Below, in pieces: positions 9,147-17,332 of a DNA stretch of 64,000 nt (position 1 is its first letter; each line of letters opens with the position of its first letter). Made by a program: the position numbers and the translations under genes. The notes under the pieces were generated by a model. The model worked only from the letters and a program-made list of their open reading frames with translations, was not told the DNA's origin and did no database searches. This DNA is from Akkermansiaceae bacterium UBA5689 (GTDB taxonomy: Bacteria > Verrucomicrobiota > Verrucomicrobiia > Verrucomicrobiales > Akkermansiaceae). Location: contig DIHT01000133.1 in the NCBI GenBank assembly GCA_002420305.1, forward strand, positions 2,261 through 66,260. The letters are read 5' to 3'.

Positions 9147-10307
9147 ATGGAGCCCTTTACAACCAGACCCAGTCCGCAACTGGTGGGTGGCCCCGGCTCT
9201 CTCGCGGAGCTACCGTCGTGTGTCCGCAAAAGCGGGGGGCAGAACGTGTTGCTTGTTACCGATCAAGGGGTGGCAGCGGCCGGCCACACCGAGCGAGCCG
9301 CGGCTCTGCTTGAAGATGCAGGAATTGCCTGCGCGGTTTATGATGGCACGAGCGAGAATCCTGAGGAGAGCGACATTCTTGCTGCGATGGAATTTGCCCG
9401 CAGGGTTGGGCCGGATTGCTTTGTGGGCCTTGGTGGAGGGAGCAGTATGGACACCGCAAAGGGCTGTAATTTTCTTCTGACTAACGGGGGCGCTATGAGC
9501 GATTACAAGGGATACGGCGCGGCTCGGACTCCCCTTCTCCCCTTTATTGGTATTCCAACTACGGCTGGAACTGGAAGCGAATGCCAGAGTTACGCGGTGA
9601 TCAGTCGGGATCGATCTCACGAGAAGATGGCCTGCGGGGACCCCTCTGCGCTTGCCACGTATGCCATTCTTGACCCTGACCTGACGGCCTCGATGCCTCA
9701 CAGGGTGGCGGTCCTGACTGCGCTGGACGCCCTCGCGCACTCGCTGGAGACAGCGGTGAGCACTCGTAGGAATTCGTTCTCCTCCGCCTACTCAAGGGAG
9801 GCATTTCTTCATATCTCCTCTGCGATTGAGCCAGTTCTGAGGGGAGAAGCATCGGCTATCGAGCGCAACGGGATGTTAATGGGATCCGCCTTTGCGGGAC
9901 TGGCAATTGAGAATAGCATGCTGGGCGCGGCTCACGCCTCGGCGAACCCACTCACGGCCTCATGCGGCCTAGCCCACGGCCACGCGGTTGCTCTAATGCT
10001 TCCTCATGTGATCGGGCTGAATCAGGAAGTCCCGGAAGCCCGGGAGACCTATGCGCATTATGGAACCTTGCTCTCAAGCTGCCAAGGGGCGGACTGCGGG
10101 GTCCGAGCTTGGGTTGAGCATTTGCTGACCGTGGCGGATCTCTCTCCGCTAGCGCAGTGTGGCGTCGATCCGGGCTTGCTTGCCGAGCTCGCAGAGGACG
10201 CTACGAGGCAGTGGACGGGACAGTTCAATCCTCGGAGTATGAAAAGAGAGGATTTTGCAGTATTATACGAGAACGCCTTTGATGGTGCTGCAACCCAAGA
10301 TACGTGA
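9147..10307 (+). CDS. Iron-containing (group III) alcohol dehydrogenase
   Basis: 386 aa. Motif GLGGGSSMDTAKG. Metal-binding His-rich segments LDALAHSLE and GLAHGHAVALMLPH. Confidence 0.85.
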   Translation: MEPFTTRPSPQLVGGPGSLAELPSCVRKSGGQNVLLVTDQGVAAAGHTERAAALLEDAGIACAVYDGTSENPEESDILAAMEFARRVGPDCFVGLGGGSSMDTAKGCNFLLTNGGAMSDYKGYGAARTPLLPFIGIPTTAGTGSECQSYAVISRDRSHEKMACGDPSALATYAILDPDLTASMPHRVAVLTALDALAHSLETAVSTRRNSFSSAYSREAFLHISSAIEPVLRGEASAIERNGMLMGSAFAGLAIENSMLGAAHASANPLTASCGLAHGHAVALMLPHVIGLNQEVPEARETYAHYGTLLSSCQGADCGVRAWVEHLLTVADLSPLAQCGVDPGLLAELAEDATRQWTGQFNPRSMKREDFAVLYENAFDGAATQDT

Positions 10308-11467
10308 TGAACTACCTCTACCCTAACTTTTTGGCCGTCTGCGTGGCCCATGTTCTCGTTACCGCAGGGACCAGCTTCGCGGCCCCCAAGGATAAAAACG
10401 TAGAATCAGAGACAAAGTCTTGGGCGATTCCCCGCGGAGGCAACGCCCTGCAGGGGCGGGTTCCCGACCGTATTCCTCGCAAGCCTGTAGTAAGCTGGGA
10501 TGCCGTGCTTGATGGGCCGATTGTGGGGGACGCAGCTATCGCGGATGGCGCCGTTTTCGTAGGCACGGTAATGGGCACCTTTTACTCCGTGGATGAGCGG
10601 AGCGGCAAGCTGCGCTGGAAGGTTGAAACGGAGGATACCATTGAGGCCCCACCAACCGTGGGCGGAGGCCGGGTCTTCATCGGATCGAGCGATCGATATC
10701 TTTACTGCTTCGACCAGAAGACCGGTAAGGAACTATGGAAATATGAAGCTGCGGATAAGTTCGTGGGCGGGGGCTTACTGGTTCAAAGTCCCGATGGGAA
10801 GGAGTCTTGGGTCGTCGTCAACGGCTACGATGGGATCTGCCGGGCGCTGCGTGCCAAAGACGGCACGGAGGCGTGGACCTACGAAACGGCAGAGCAGATC
10901 AACGGAACCCCAGCGCTGGTTAATGGCAAGAATATCGTTCTTGGAGGCTGCGATGCGAGGGTGCACGTGATTGACGTCACCAATGGAAAGGCAGTGAATG
11001 AAGTTGAGGTGGAGGCGGAGATCATTGGCACTGTAGCGACCATGGGCAGCATGGTGTATTCTGCGAATTATGGAAACCAGCTGGTCGCAGTAGACATTTC
11101 GAAGAAGGATCCGAAGTGGGTTTACGAAGACAAGGATTTCGGATTCTACGCGGCTCCTGCAGTTACCGAAAAGCACGTGTTCATCGGTTCCCGAGACAAG
11201 CACCTCCATGCGGTAGACCGGGATAGTGGCAAAAGAGCATGGCGATTCAAGACCGGCTCCCGTATCGATGGCGGAGCAATCGTCTTCAAGGATGCAGTGG
11301 CCTTTGGATCTGGAGACGGAAGGGTGTATGCGGTCGACCCCGTGAACGGGAAAGAAATCTGGAGGGTAGATCTGGGAGAGGGGATCAGTTCAGATCTCGC
11401 ATTCGCCAACGGTAGAATTGTGGTAGGGGGCTCTGACGGAACGCTTTTTTGCATTGGGGGACAGTAA
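10307..11467 (+). CDS. Secreted PQQ-like beta-propeller repeat protein (BamB-like fold)
   Basis: GTG 10304 or ATG 10307 overlaps the ADH stop (TGATG). Signal peptide MNYLYPNFLAVCVAHVLVTAGTSFAAP. Blades YCFDQKTGKELWKY, RALRAKDGTEAWTY, HAVDRDSGKRAWRF, YAVDPVNGKEIWRV. Confidence 0.75.
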   Translation: MNYLYPNFLAVCVAHVLVTAGTSFAAPKDKNVESETKSWAIPRGGNALQGRVPDRIPRKPVVSWDAVLDGPIVGDAAIADGAVFVGTVMGTFYSVDERSGKLRWKVETEDTIEAPPTVGGGRVFIGSSDRYLYCFDQKTGKELWKYEAADKFVGGGLLVQSPDGKESWVVVNGYDGICRALRAKDGTEAWTYETAEQINGTPALVNGKNIVLGGCDARVHVIDVTNGKAVNEVEVEAEIIGTVATMGSMVYSANYGNQLVAVDISKKDPKWVYEDKDFGFYAAPAVTEKHVFIGSRDKHLHAVDRDSGKRAWRFKTGSRIDGGAIVFKDAVAFGSGDGRVYAVDPVNGKEIWRVDLGEGISSDLAFANGRIVVGGSDGTLFCIGGQ

Positions 11468-11684
11468 GGAGGCCTTGCTTGATTGTAAGGATGCGCAAAA
11501 TGAAAGGTGTTTAGAGAGCTTTGATGGGGAAATCCCACGGCAGGAGCTCCTGTATTCGAACCTGCCGGGTCACTGAAACCGGGTAATCACTTTGCGAGGT
11601 TCCAATCCCGGCAAAAACGGGCTATTCTCTTCTCCGCCCATTCTGTTTGCCTCCGACGGGCGACGATAAGCCATAAGCGACACC

Positions 11685-13010
11685 ATGAGCGAAACCGCTA
11701 CCCCTCCGACGAAGAAGGCCACCCGGGCGGGCAATTACTTTATTTCCAATTACCCGCCCTTTTCCTTCTGGTCCAGTGACCAGGAAGAGGAAGTGCGGTC
11801 GGCGTATGACAGTGCCCCGATCCCGGGGACGCCTCTCGGATTGTATCACCATATTCCCTTCTGTCGCAGGCGCTGTCACTTCTGCTATTTCCGTGTCTAT
11901 ACGGATAAAAATGGACAGGAGATCCGAGACTATCTGGATCACACCATTACCGAATTGGAGCGTCTGGCAGCGAAGCCTCTTGTTGCGGGGCGCAAGCCGC
12001 ACTTTATCTACTTTGGGGGAGGAACCCCTTCCTACCTTTCCGGGCGGCAGCTGACAGACCTTACCGACCGCATGAAGGCCATCCTTCCATGGGACGAGGC
12101 AGAGGAGGTCGCCTTCGAATGTGAACCGGGGACCCTGACGGCGGGAAAGCTGGCTGCGATCAAGGAGATCGGAGTGACCCGCTTGAGCCTTGGGATCGAG
12201 AACTTTGATGACCGGATCCTCGAGATCAACGGTCGTGCTCATCGGAGCAAGGAGGTCTGGAAGGCCTTCGAGCGCGCAAGGGCCGAAGAGTTTGACCAGA
12301 TCAATATCGACCTTATTGCGGGAATGTTGGAGGAGACGGAGGAGAACTGGCAGAAGAACATTGAGCAGGTGCTCAAACTTGCTCCGGACAGCATCACCAT
12401 CTACCAGATGGAGATTCCCTATAACACGACCATCTACAAGGATATGAAGGAGAGTGGTGCCTTGGTGGCACCAGTGGCGGGGTGGGAAACCAAGAGGCGC
12501 TGGGTCAAGGAGGCCTTTGCGGAACTGGAGGCTAATGGCTACACAATCAGCTCCGGATATACGGCGGTAAAGAATCCCGAGAGAACAAAATTCATCTATC
12601 GGGACTCTCTCTGGGGAGGTGCAGATCTTGTTGGGCTTGGGGTAGCCTCGTTTTCACATGTGCAGGGAGTCCATTATCAGAATTTGACGGAGATAGACGA
12701 TTACGTGGCCGCAATTGATTCAGAGAAGATGCCAGTCAAGCGCGCGTTTCGAACGAATGAAGAGGAGCGTATGATACGGGAGTTTATCCTACAGATGAAG
12801 TTGGGCCGCGTGCAGGCAGATTACTTCCGCAACAAATTCGAAATTAACATCCTTGAGCGTTTTTCCCGCCCTCTCGAGGAGCTGACCGAGGAGGGGCTTC
12901 TTGAGGTGGCCGATGATGCCATCGTGCTGAGCCGAGACGGACTTCTGTGCGTGGATAATCTCCTTCACGACTTTTTCCTCGAGCACCATAAAACGGAACG
13001 AATCGTTTAA
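11685..13010 (+). CDS. HemN-like radical SAM protein (coproporphyrinogen-III-oxidase family; class C rSAM or HemW-like)
   Basis: 441 aa. Cluster motif HHIPFCRRRCHFCYF (C60/C64/C67, nt 11862-11885). The fourth Cys of true HemN (CxxxCxxCxC) is replaced by Phe. Also has GGGTPS and a HemN_C-like tail. Confidence 0.8.
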   Translation: MSETATPPTKKATRAGNYFISNYPPFSFWSSDQEEEVRSAYDSAPIPGTPLGLYHHIPFCRRRCHFCYFRVYTDKNGQEIRDYLDHTITELERLAAKPLVAGRKPHFIYFGGGTPSYLSGRQLTDLTDRMKAILPWDEAEEVAFECEPGTLTAGKLAAIKEIGVTRLSLGIENFDDRILEINGRAHRSKEVWKAFERARAEEFDQINIDLIAGMLEETEENWQKNIEQVLKLAPDSITIYQMEIPYNTTIYKDMKESGALVAPVAGWETKRRWVKEAFAELEANGYTISSGYTAVKNPERTKFIYRDSLWGGADLVGLGVASFSHVQGVHYQNLTEIDDYVAAIDSEKMPVKRAFRTNEEERMIREFILQMKLGRVQADYFRNKFEINILERFSRPLEELTEEGLLEVADDAIVLSRDGLLCVDNLLHDFFLEHHKTERIV

Positions 13011-13092
13011 GATCGCAGCAAGATATTGTCCGCTGGCCCGCTATGCGGCGGTCGCGAGCGATCTCTCAGAGTCCTTCATCGAAAAACCTCTC

Positions 13093-13647
13093 TTGAATCC
13101 AATCGAGCATTCATCTCCTCACGGTTTTTTGGGTGAATCCCTCGCGCGTGCTGGGCTGAGCCCGGAGGTATTTATCTGGTGCCCTTCCGAGCAAGTGCCA
13201 GATCCTTTCCACGCTCTCCTTGTGCATCAGGGTGATATGACGTCGACGTTGGAGAGGTTCTACCAAGAGCGCATGCTTCTTGAGGTTCTTGCGGAGGAAA
13301 ATTCCGATGGATGCTACTACAGGGAAGTCATTCTCAAGGGGAAGGGAACTGGTCGGGTGGCTGAATTTGGGGTGATTGAAATTGAGTTGGATCATTTTCC
13401 TCTAGCCCTTCAGAAATTGATTTTACGCGGCGAGCAACCTCTAGGGGGGATCCTCAATGAGAGTGGGATGACCTATAAAAGCGAGCCCCTCGGCTACTTT
13501 TCGGTTGCGCGGGAGGCCCTACCGCCGAAATTATCCCTATTGGGCTCTGCATGCATGTTTTTTGGCCGCTACAATCAGCTAAAAAGCCGTGACGAGACCT
13601 GTCTGGCCCGAATTCTCGAAATAGTTCCTGATTTTCACCACCAATGA
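13093..13647 (+). CDS. Chorismate lyase-like (UbiC/DUF98 family) protein
   Basis: 184 aa, TTG start. Family-like motifs GDMTSTLERF, YREVILKG, and C-terminal LARILEIVP. Its stop overlaps the next start (ATGA at 13644). Confidence 0.55.
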   Translation: MNPIEHSSPHGFLGESLARAGLSPEVFIWCPSEQVPDPFHALLVHQGDMTSTLERFYQERMLLEVLAEENSDGCYYREVILKGKGTGRVAEFGVIEIELDHFPLALQKLILRGEQPLGGILNESGMTYKSEPLGYFSVAREALPPKLSLLGSACMFFGRYNQLKSRDETCLARILEIVPDFHHQ

Positions 13648-14915
13648 ATATTTCCGGCGATAAACAATCCTGTGACGTCATTGTCATCGGCGGGGGCCCC
13701 TGTGGAGCTACCACGTCTGCCCTCCTTGCAGAGAAAGGCCATCGAGTCATCTTGCTCGAGAAAGAAAAGTTTCCCCGCTACCATGTCGGCGAGTCGCTCA
13801 TGCCCTTCTGCTATTTCACCCTGAAAAGGCTCGGAGTCCTGGAGGAAATGGAAAAGCAGGCATTTGTGAAGAAGCACAGCGTGCAGTTTGTCTCTAAAGA
13901 CGGGAAAATATCGGATCCCTTTTACTTTTTTCAGCATTTTGACCACCCGGCGGCCACGACGTGGCAGGTGGAACGGTCCGTCTTCGACAATATGCTGCTG
14001 CGCAATGCAGAGGCCAAAGGAGTCGACGTTCGAGAGGAAACAGAAGTGCGCCGTTTCAATTATGAAGGGGAACAGGTTGTTGGCGTCTCCGCCAAGGGAA
14101 AAGACGGGCAGGAATACACCCTCCAAGCACCGCTGACGGTTGACTGCACTGGGCGTGATGCCCTGTTCTTGAGAAAAAAGAGCTGGAGGAAACGGGATCC
14201 AAAGCTCAACAAAATAGCGATTTGGACGCTCTACAAGAATGCGAAGCGTGACGAGGGTCTGGATGAAGGGGCAACTACCGTAGCTTATGTCGATGGCAGG
14301 GGCTGGTTCTGGAACATTCCCCTGCGCAACAATATTGTGAGCTCAGGAATCGTCGCGGAGCGGGATTACCTCTACCGTGACAGCAGGGATCCGAAGGAGA
14401 TTTACGAGCGTGAAATCGAGAAAAATAGCTGGATTAAGGATCACCTTGGAGAGGGAGAGCAATTTGGCGAATACTGGGTGACCGGGGAGTATTCTTACCG
14501 GGGAGAGCATTGCGCCTCTGATGGTCTCGTCATGGCAGGTGATGCCTTTGCCTTTTTGGACCCGGTCTTTTCCTCGGGAGTCTTTCTCGCTTTGAAAAGC
14601 GGAGAAATGGCAGCAGACGCCGTAGGAGAAGCTTTGGAGAAAGGGGACTTCTCAGCAGGGCAATTCTCAACTTACGGGGAGGAGCTTTGCGGAATGATTG
14701 AAGTCATGCGCAAGCTCGTTTACGCCTTTTACGACGAGAATTTCAGTTTTGGAGAGCTCATTAAGCGGCACGAAGAGATGCGCCCCATGCTCACTGACTG
14801 TTTGATTGGCGATCTCGATGGAAAAGATTATACGCCCCTCGCGGAAGCAATAGGCGACTTGGCCTCGCTTCCGGAGCCTCTCGCCCACGGACGAGCCCCC
14901 CAGACTGTAACATAA
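13644..14915 (+). CDS. FAD-dependent halogenase-like oxidoreductase (tryptophan/phenol halogenase family signature)
   Basis: 423 aa. GxGxxG in DVIVIGGGPCGATTS. FPRYHVGESLMP. Candidate Lys in FVKKHSVQF. WxWxIP motif GWFWNIPL (nt 14304-14321). FLDPVFSSGV (FxxPxxSxG). Confidence 0.65.
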   Translation: MNISGDKQSCDVIVIGGGPCGATTSALLAEKGHRVILLEKEKFPRYHVGESLMPFCYFTLKRLGVLEEMEKQAFVKKHSVQFVSKDGKISDPFYFFQHFDHPAATTWQVERSVFDNMLLRNAEAKGVDVREETEVRRFNYEGEQVVGVSAKGKDGQEYTLQAPLTVDCTGRDALFLRKKSWRKRDPKLNKIAIWTLYKNAKRDEGLDEGATTVAYVDGRGWFWNIPLRNNIVSSGIVAERDYLYRDSRDPKEIYEREIEKNSWIKDHLGEGEQFGEYWVTGEYSYRGEHCASDGLVMAGDAFAFLDPVFSSGVFLALKSGEMAADAVGEALEKGDFSAGQFSTYGEELCGMIEVMRKLVYAFYDENFSFGELIKRHEEMRPMLTDCLIGDLDGKDYTPLAEAIGDLASLPEPLAHGRAPQTVT

Positions 14916-14936
14916 CACGATGTCCCCGCTACCCGC

Positions 14937-16253
14937 ATGAAAGTCACCTTTCTGACAGCGGGCACGGGTAGCTACCACTGCGGAGCGTGTATGCGTGACA
15001 ACACCCTTGTCACGGCCCTACACCGGGACGGGCACGAGGTGGCTCTGTTGCCTATGTATCTCCCCATGCAGCTGGACGAGGAAAGTCCGCCGCAGGAAAG
15101 TCGGGTGCCGATATTTTTTGGAGGGATCAACGTCTACCTGCAAAACAAGTTTGCGTTCTTCAGGCACACTCCCCGGTGGTTTGATGCTCTCTTGAATGGC
15201 GCAGGGCTACTGCGGAAGGCGGCGAGCCGGAGCCATATGACCAGCCCGCGAGACCAGGGAGAGATCTGTCTCGCTATGCTCCGGGTGGAACAGAGCCGTT
15301 TCACGAAGGAGCTGGAAAAGCTGATTGATTGGCTTGCTGTGCACGAGCAACCCGAATGTATCGCCCTGTCGACAACACTTTTCGCCGGGATGACCAAGGA
15401 GTTGAAGAAGCGTCTGGGAGACATTCCGGTCATCGCGTTTTTCCAGGGAGAAGACACCTTCCTCGATAGCCTTCCTGAACCTTACCGGACTGGGTGCTGG
15501 GACGAAATGAAGGAACGGCTTGTGGAGTGCGAAATGCTGATTGCCCCAAGTCGCTTTTATGCCGGGGTCATGTCCAAGCGCCTTGGGATCTCTCAGGACA
15601 AAATAGAGGTGCTCCCAAATGGGATTAACTTGGAAGGATACGGGAACCAACAGCCCCCGGATGGGCCCAAGGCGATTGGCTACTTATCCCGGATGTGCAG
15701 GGATAAGGGCCTAGGAGACATGGTGGATGCCTATCTCCTCTTCCAGTCGAAGGGAAACTTTCCGGAGTGCCGGCTCAAGATCGCGGGCTCATGTCCCCCG
15801 GGGGATGAGCCCTTTGTGAAGCAACAGAAACAAAAAATCGAGACTGCCGGACTGAGCCATCTTGTTGACTGGAAGCCCAATGTGAGCCGGGAGGAGAAGG
15901 TCCGCTTTCTTGGGAGCCTTACAATATTTTCAGCGCCCATGCGTTATGCCGAGGCCTTCGGCCTCTGTCTTGTTGAAGCCATGGCGAGTGGAGTTCCAGT
16001 GGTGAACCCCGGGGGCTCAACCTTCGAGGAAATTGCCTTGGCCACGGGGGGAGGAAAAACAGTCTCACCCGGCGACCCCGGGCTGCTGGCGTGTGCTTGG
16101 GAAGAGCTCCTGAGCAATCCTGAGGAGGCGACAGCGATGGGAGAAAGAGGTCGCCGAGGGGTAGAGGAGCATTATAGTGTCAATGCCATGAAGGATGGGT
16201 TCCTGGAACTCGCTCAGAGAGCCTGTGCAAAGACTACATCCCGCCAGCCATGA
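14937..16253 (+). CDS. Glycosyltransferase family 4 (GT-B, Glycos_transf_1 type)
   Basis: 438 aa. EX7E-type motif AEAFGLCLVEAMASGVPVV. Typical GT4 C-terminal domain. Confidence 0.8.
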   Translation: MKVTFLTAGTGSYHCGACMRDNTLVTALHRDGHEVALLPMYLPMQLDEESPPQESRVPIFFGGINVYLQNKFAFFRHTPRWFDALLNGAGLLRKAASRSHMTSPRDQGEICLAMLRVEQSRFTKELEKLIDWLAVHEQPECIALSTTLFAGMTKELKKRLGDIPVIAFFQGEDTFLDSLPEPYRTGCWDEMKERLVECEMLIAPSRFYAGVMSKRLGISQDKIEVLPNGINLEGYGNQQPPDGPKAIGYLSRMCRDKGLGDMVDAYLLFQSKGNFPECRLKIAGSCPPGDEPFVKQQKQKIETAGLSHLVDWKPNVSREEKVRFLGSLTIFSAPMRYAEAFGLCLVEAMASGVPVVNPGGSTFEEIALATGGGKTVSPGDPGLLACAWEELLSNPEEATAMGERGRRGVEEHYSVNAMKDGFLELAQRACAKTTSRQP

Positions 16254-16702
16254 GGGAGGATTCCAAAAATTACTGCTATGAGCACAGCCGCCGGGTTGAG
16301 TTTCATGAGACAGATCTCGCCGGGATCGTGCACTTCTCCAATTTTTATCGTTATATGGAGTCCGCTGAACATGCCTTCATGCGAAGCCTTGGACATCCAG
16401 TTCACGGGCGAGCTGCCGAGGATGGGGTTGGATGGCCGCGGGTGAGTGCCAGTTGTGAATTCCGGAAGCCTGCGCGTAACGACGACGTGTTGCGGATACG
16501 GGTTAGTATCGAAGAGATCCGGACGAGGTCAGTTCGCTACAGTTTTCGCTTCTACCTTGACCCCGGGGATGATCCCATTGCGACGGGAACAGTAGCGGTT
16601 GCCTGCGTGCAATTCAAAGACGGAGAAATTTCTGCAGTTCCCATCCCTGAACAGATTCGAGCTGATCTCAAGTCCGCCGAGGCTGCCGCCAATCCCGAAT
16701 GA
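16250..16702 (+). CDS. Hotdog-fold acyl-CoA thioesterase (4HBT/YbgC family)
   Basis: 150 aa. N-terminal motif RVEFHETDLAGIVHFSNFYRYMESAEHAFMRSLG with the catalytic Asp context. ATGA overlap with the GT4 stop. Confidence 0.8.
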   Translation: MREDSKNYCYEHSRRVEFHETDLAGIVHFSNFYRYMESAEHAFMRSLGHPVHGRAAEDGVGWPRVSASCEFRKPARNDDVLRIRVSIEEIRTRSVRYSFRFYLDPGDDPIATGTVAVACVQFKDGEISAVPIPEQIRADLKSAEAAANPE

Positions 16703-17292
16703 TTCCAGTGAGCGCCCCTCTTCCCAAATCTCAGAAAAAGAAATCCATGAACTGGCTTATTTTTGCTCTCATGACCGTGGCCTGTTGGGGCCTCTACGGC
16801 ATTTTCCTTCATGCCGGCCAAGTTGAAATGCAGGACAAGGTCCTTGGCCGCTACAAGGCGTTCCTTTTCGTAGGACTCGCTTATTTTATCACCGCAGTAG
16901 TCGCGCCACTGGTGGTCCTGCTGGTCAAGGGAGCAGACTGGTCCATGCCGGGGAAGGGGATGTGGCTTTCTCTATTTGCCGGGATTCTTGGTGCGATCGG
17001 AGCCTTTTGCGTTCTGCTTGCGATGGCTTCCGGAGCAAAGGGAGGGATGAGTCCTGCGGTGGTGGCAATCTCGGTGATGTCGATTATCTTCTGCGGGGCT
17101 CCACTGGTGAATGCGATCGTTTCGATCTGTATGGATCGACCGGCAGGAGGGCTCGCAGCCGTTCCATGGCAATTTTTCTGCGGGATCCTGATGGCGGCCT
17201 TTGGCGGCTTCATGGTGGTGAAGTTCAAGCCTGCTGGATCTCACGGAGCTCCTCCGGCCAAACCGCCGATAGAAGCTCAAGCAAAACAATAG
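16699..17292 (+). CDS. Integral membrane protein (5 predicted TM; half-size DMT/EamA-like)
   Basis: ATG 16699 overlaps the thioesterase stop (ATGA). Alternative ATG at 16747 (MNWLIFALMTVACWGLYG). Hydrophobic throughout, with a Pro/Ala/Lys-rich tail. Confidence 0.6.
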   Translation: MIPVSAPLPKSQKKKSMNWLIFALMTVACWGLYGIFLHAGQVEMQDKVLGRYKAFLFVGLAYFITAVVAPLVVLLVKGADWSMPGKGMWLSLFAGILGAIGAFCVLLAMASGAKGGMSPAVVAISVMSIIFCGAPLVNAIVSICMDRPAGGLAAVPWQFFCGILMAAFGGFMVVKFKPAGSHGAPPAKPPIEAQAKQ

Positions 17293-17332
17293 TAAGTAGA
17301 ACTCCTCGGGGAAGACTGGAGAGACTTCGGAA

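Noticed and set aside
11530-11600. tRNA-like TTCGAA motif and hairpin GGCAGG…CCTGCC in the 217-nt gap upstream of the radical SAM gene
   Set aside because: The flanks of TTCGAA do not form a 5-bp T-arm, and no acceptor or anticodon arms can be drawn. There is no B12-box or SAM-riboswitch consensus. This is probably just promoter or 5' UTR sequence.
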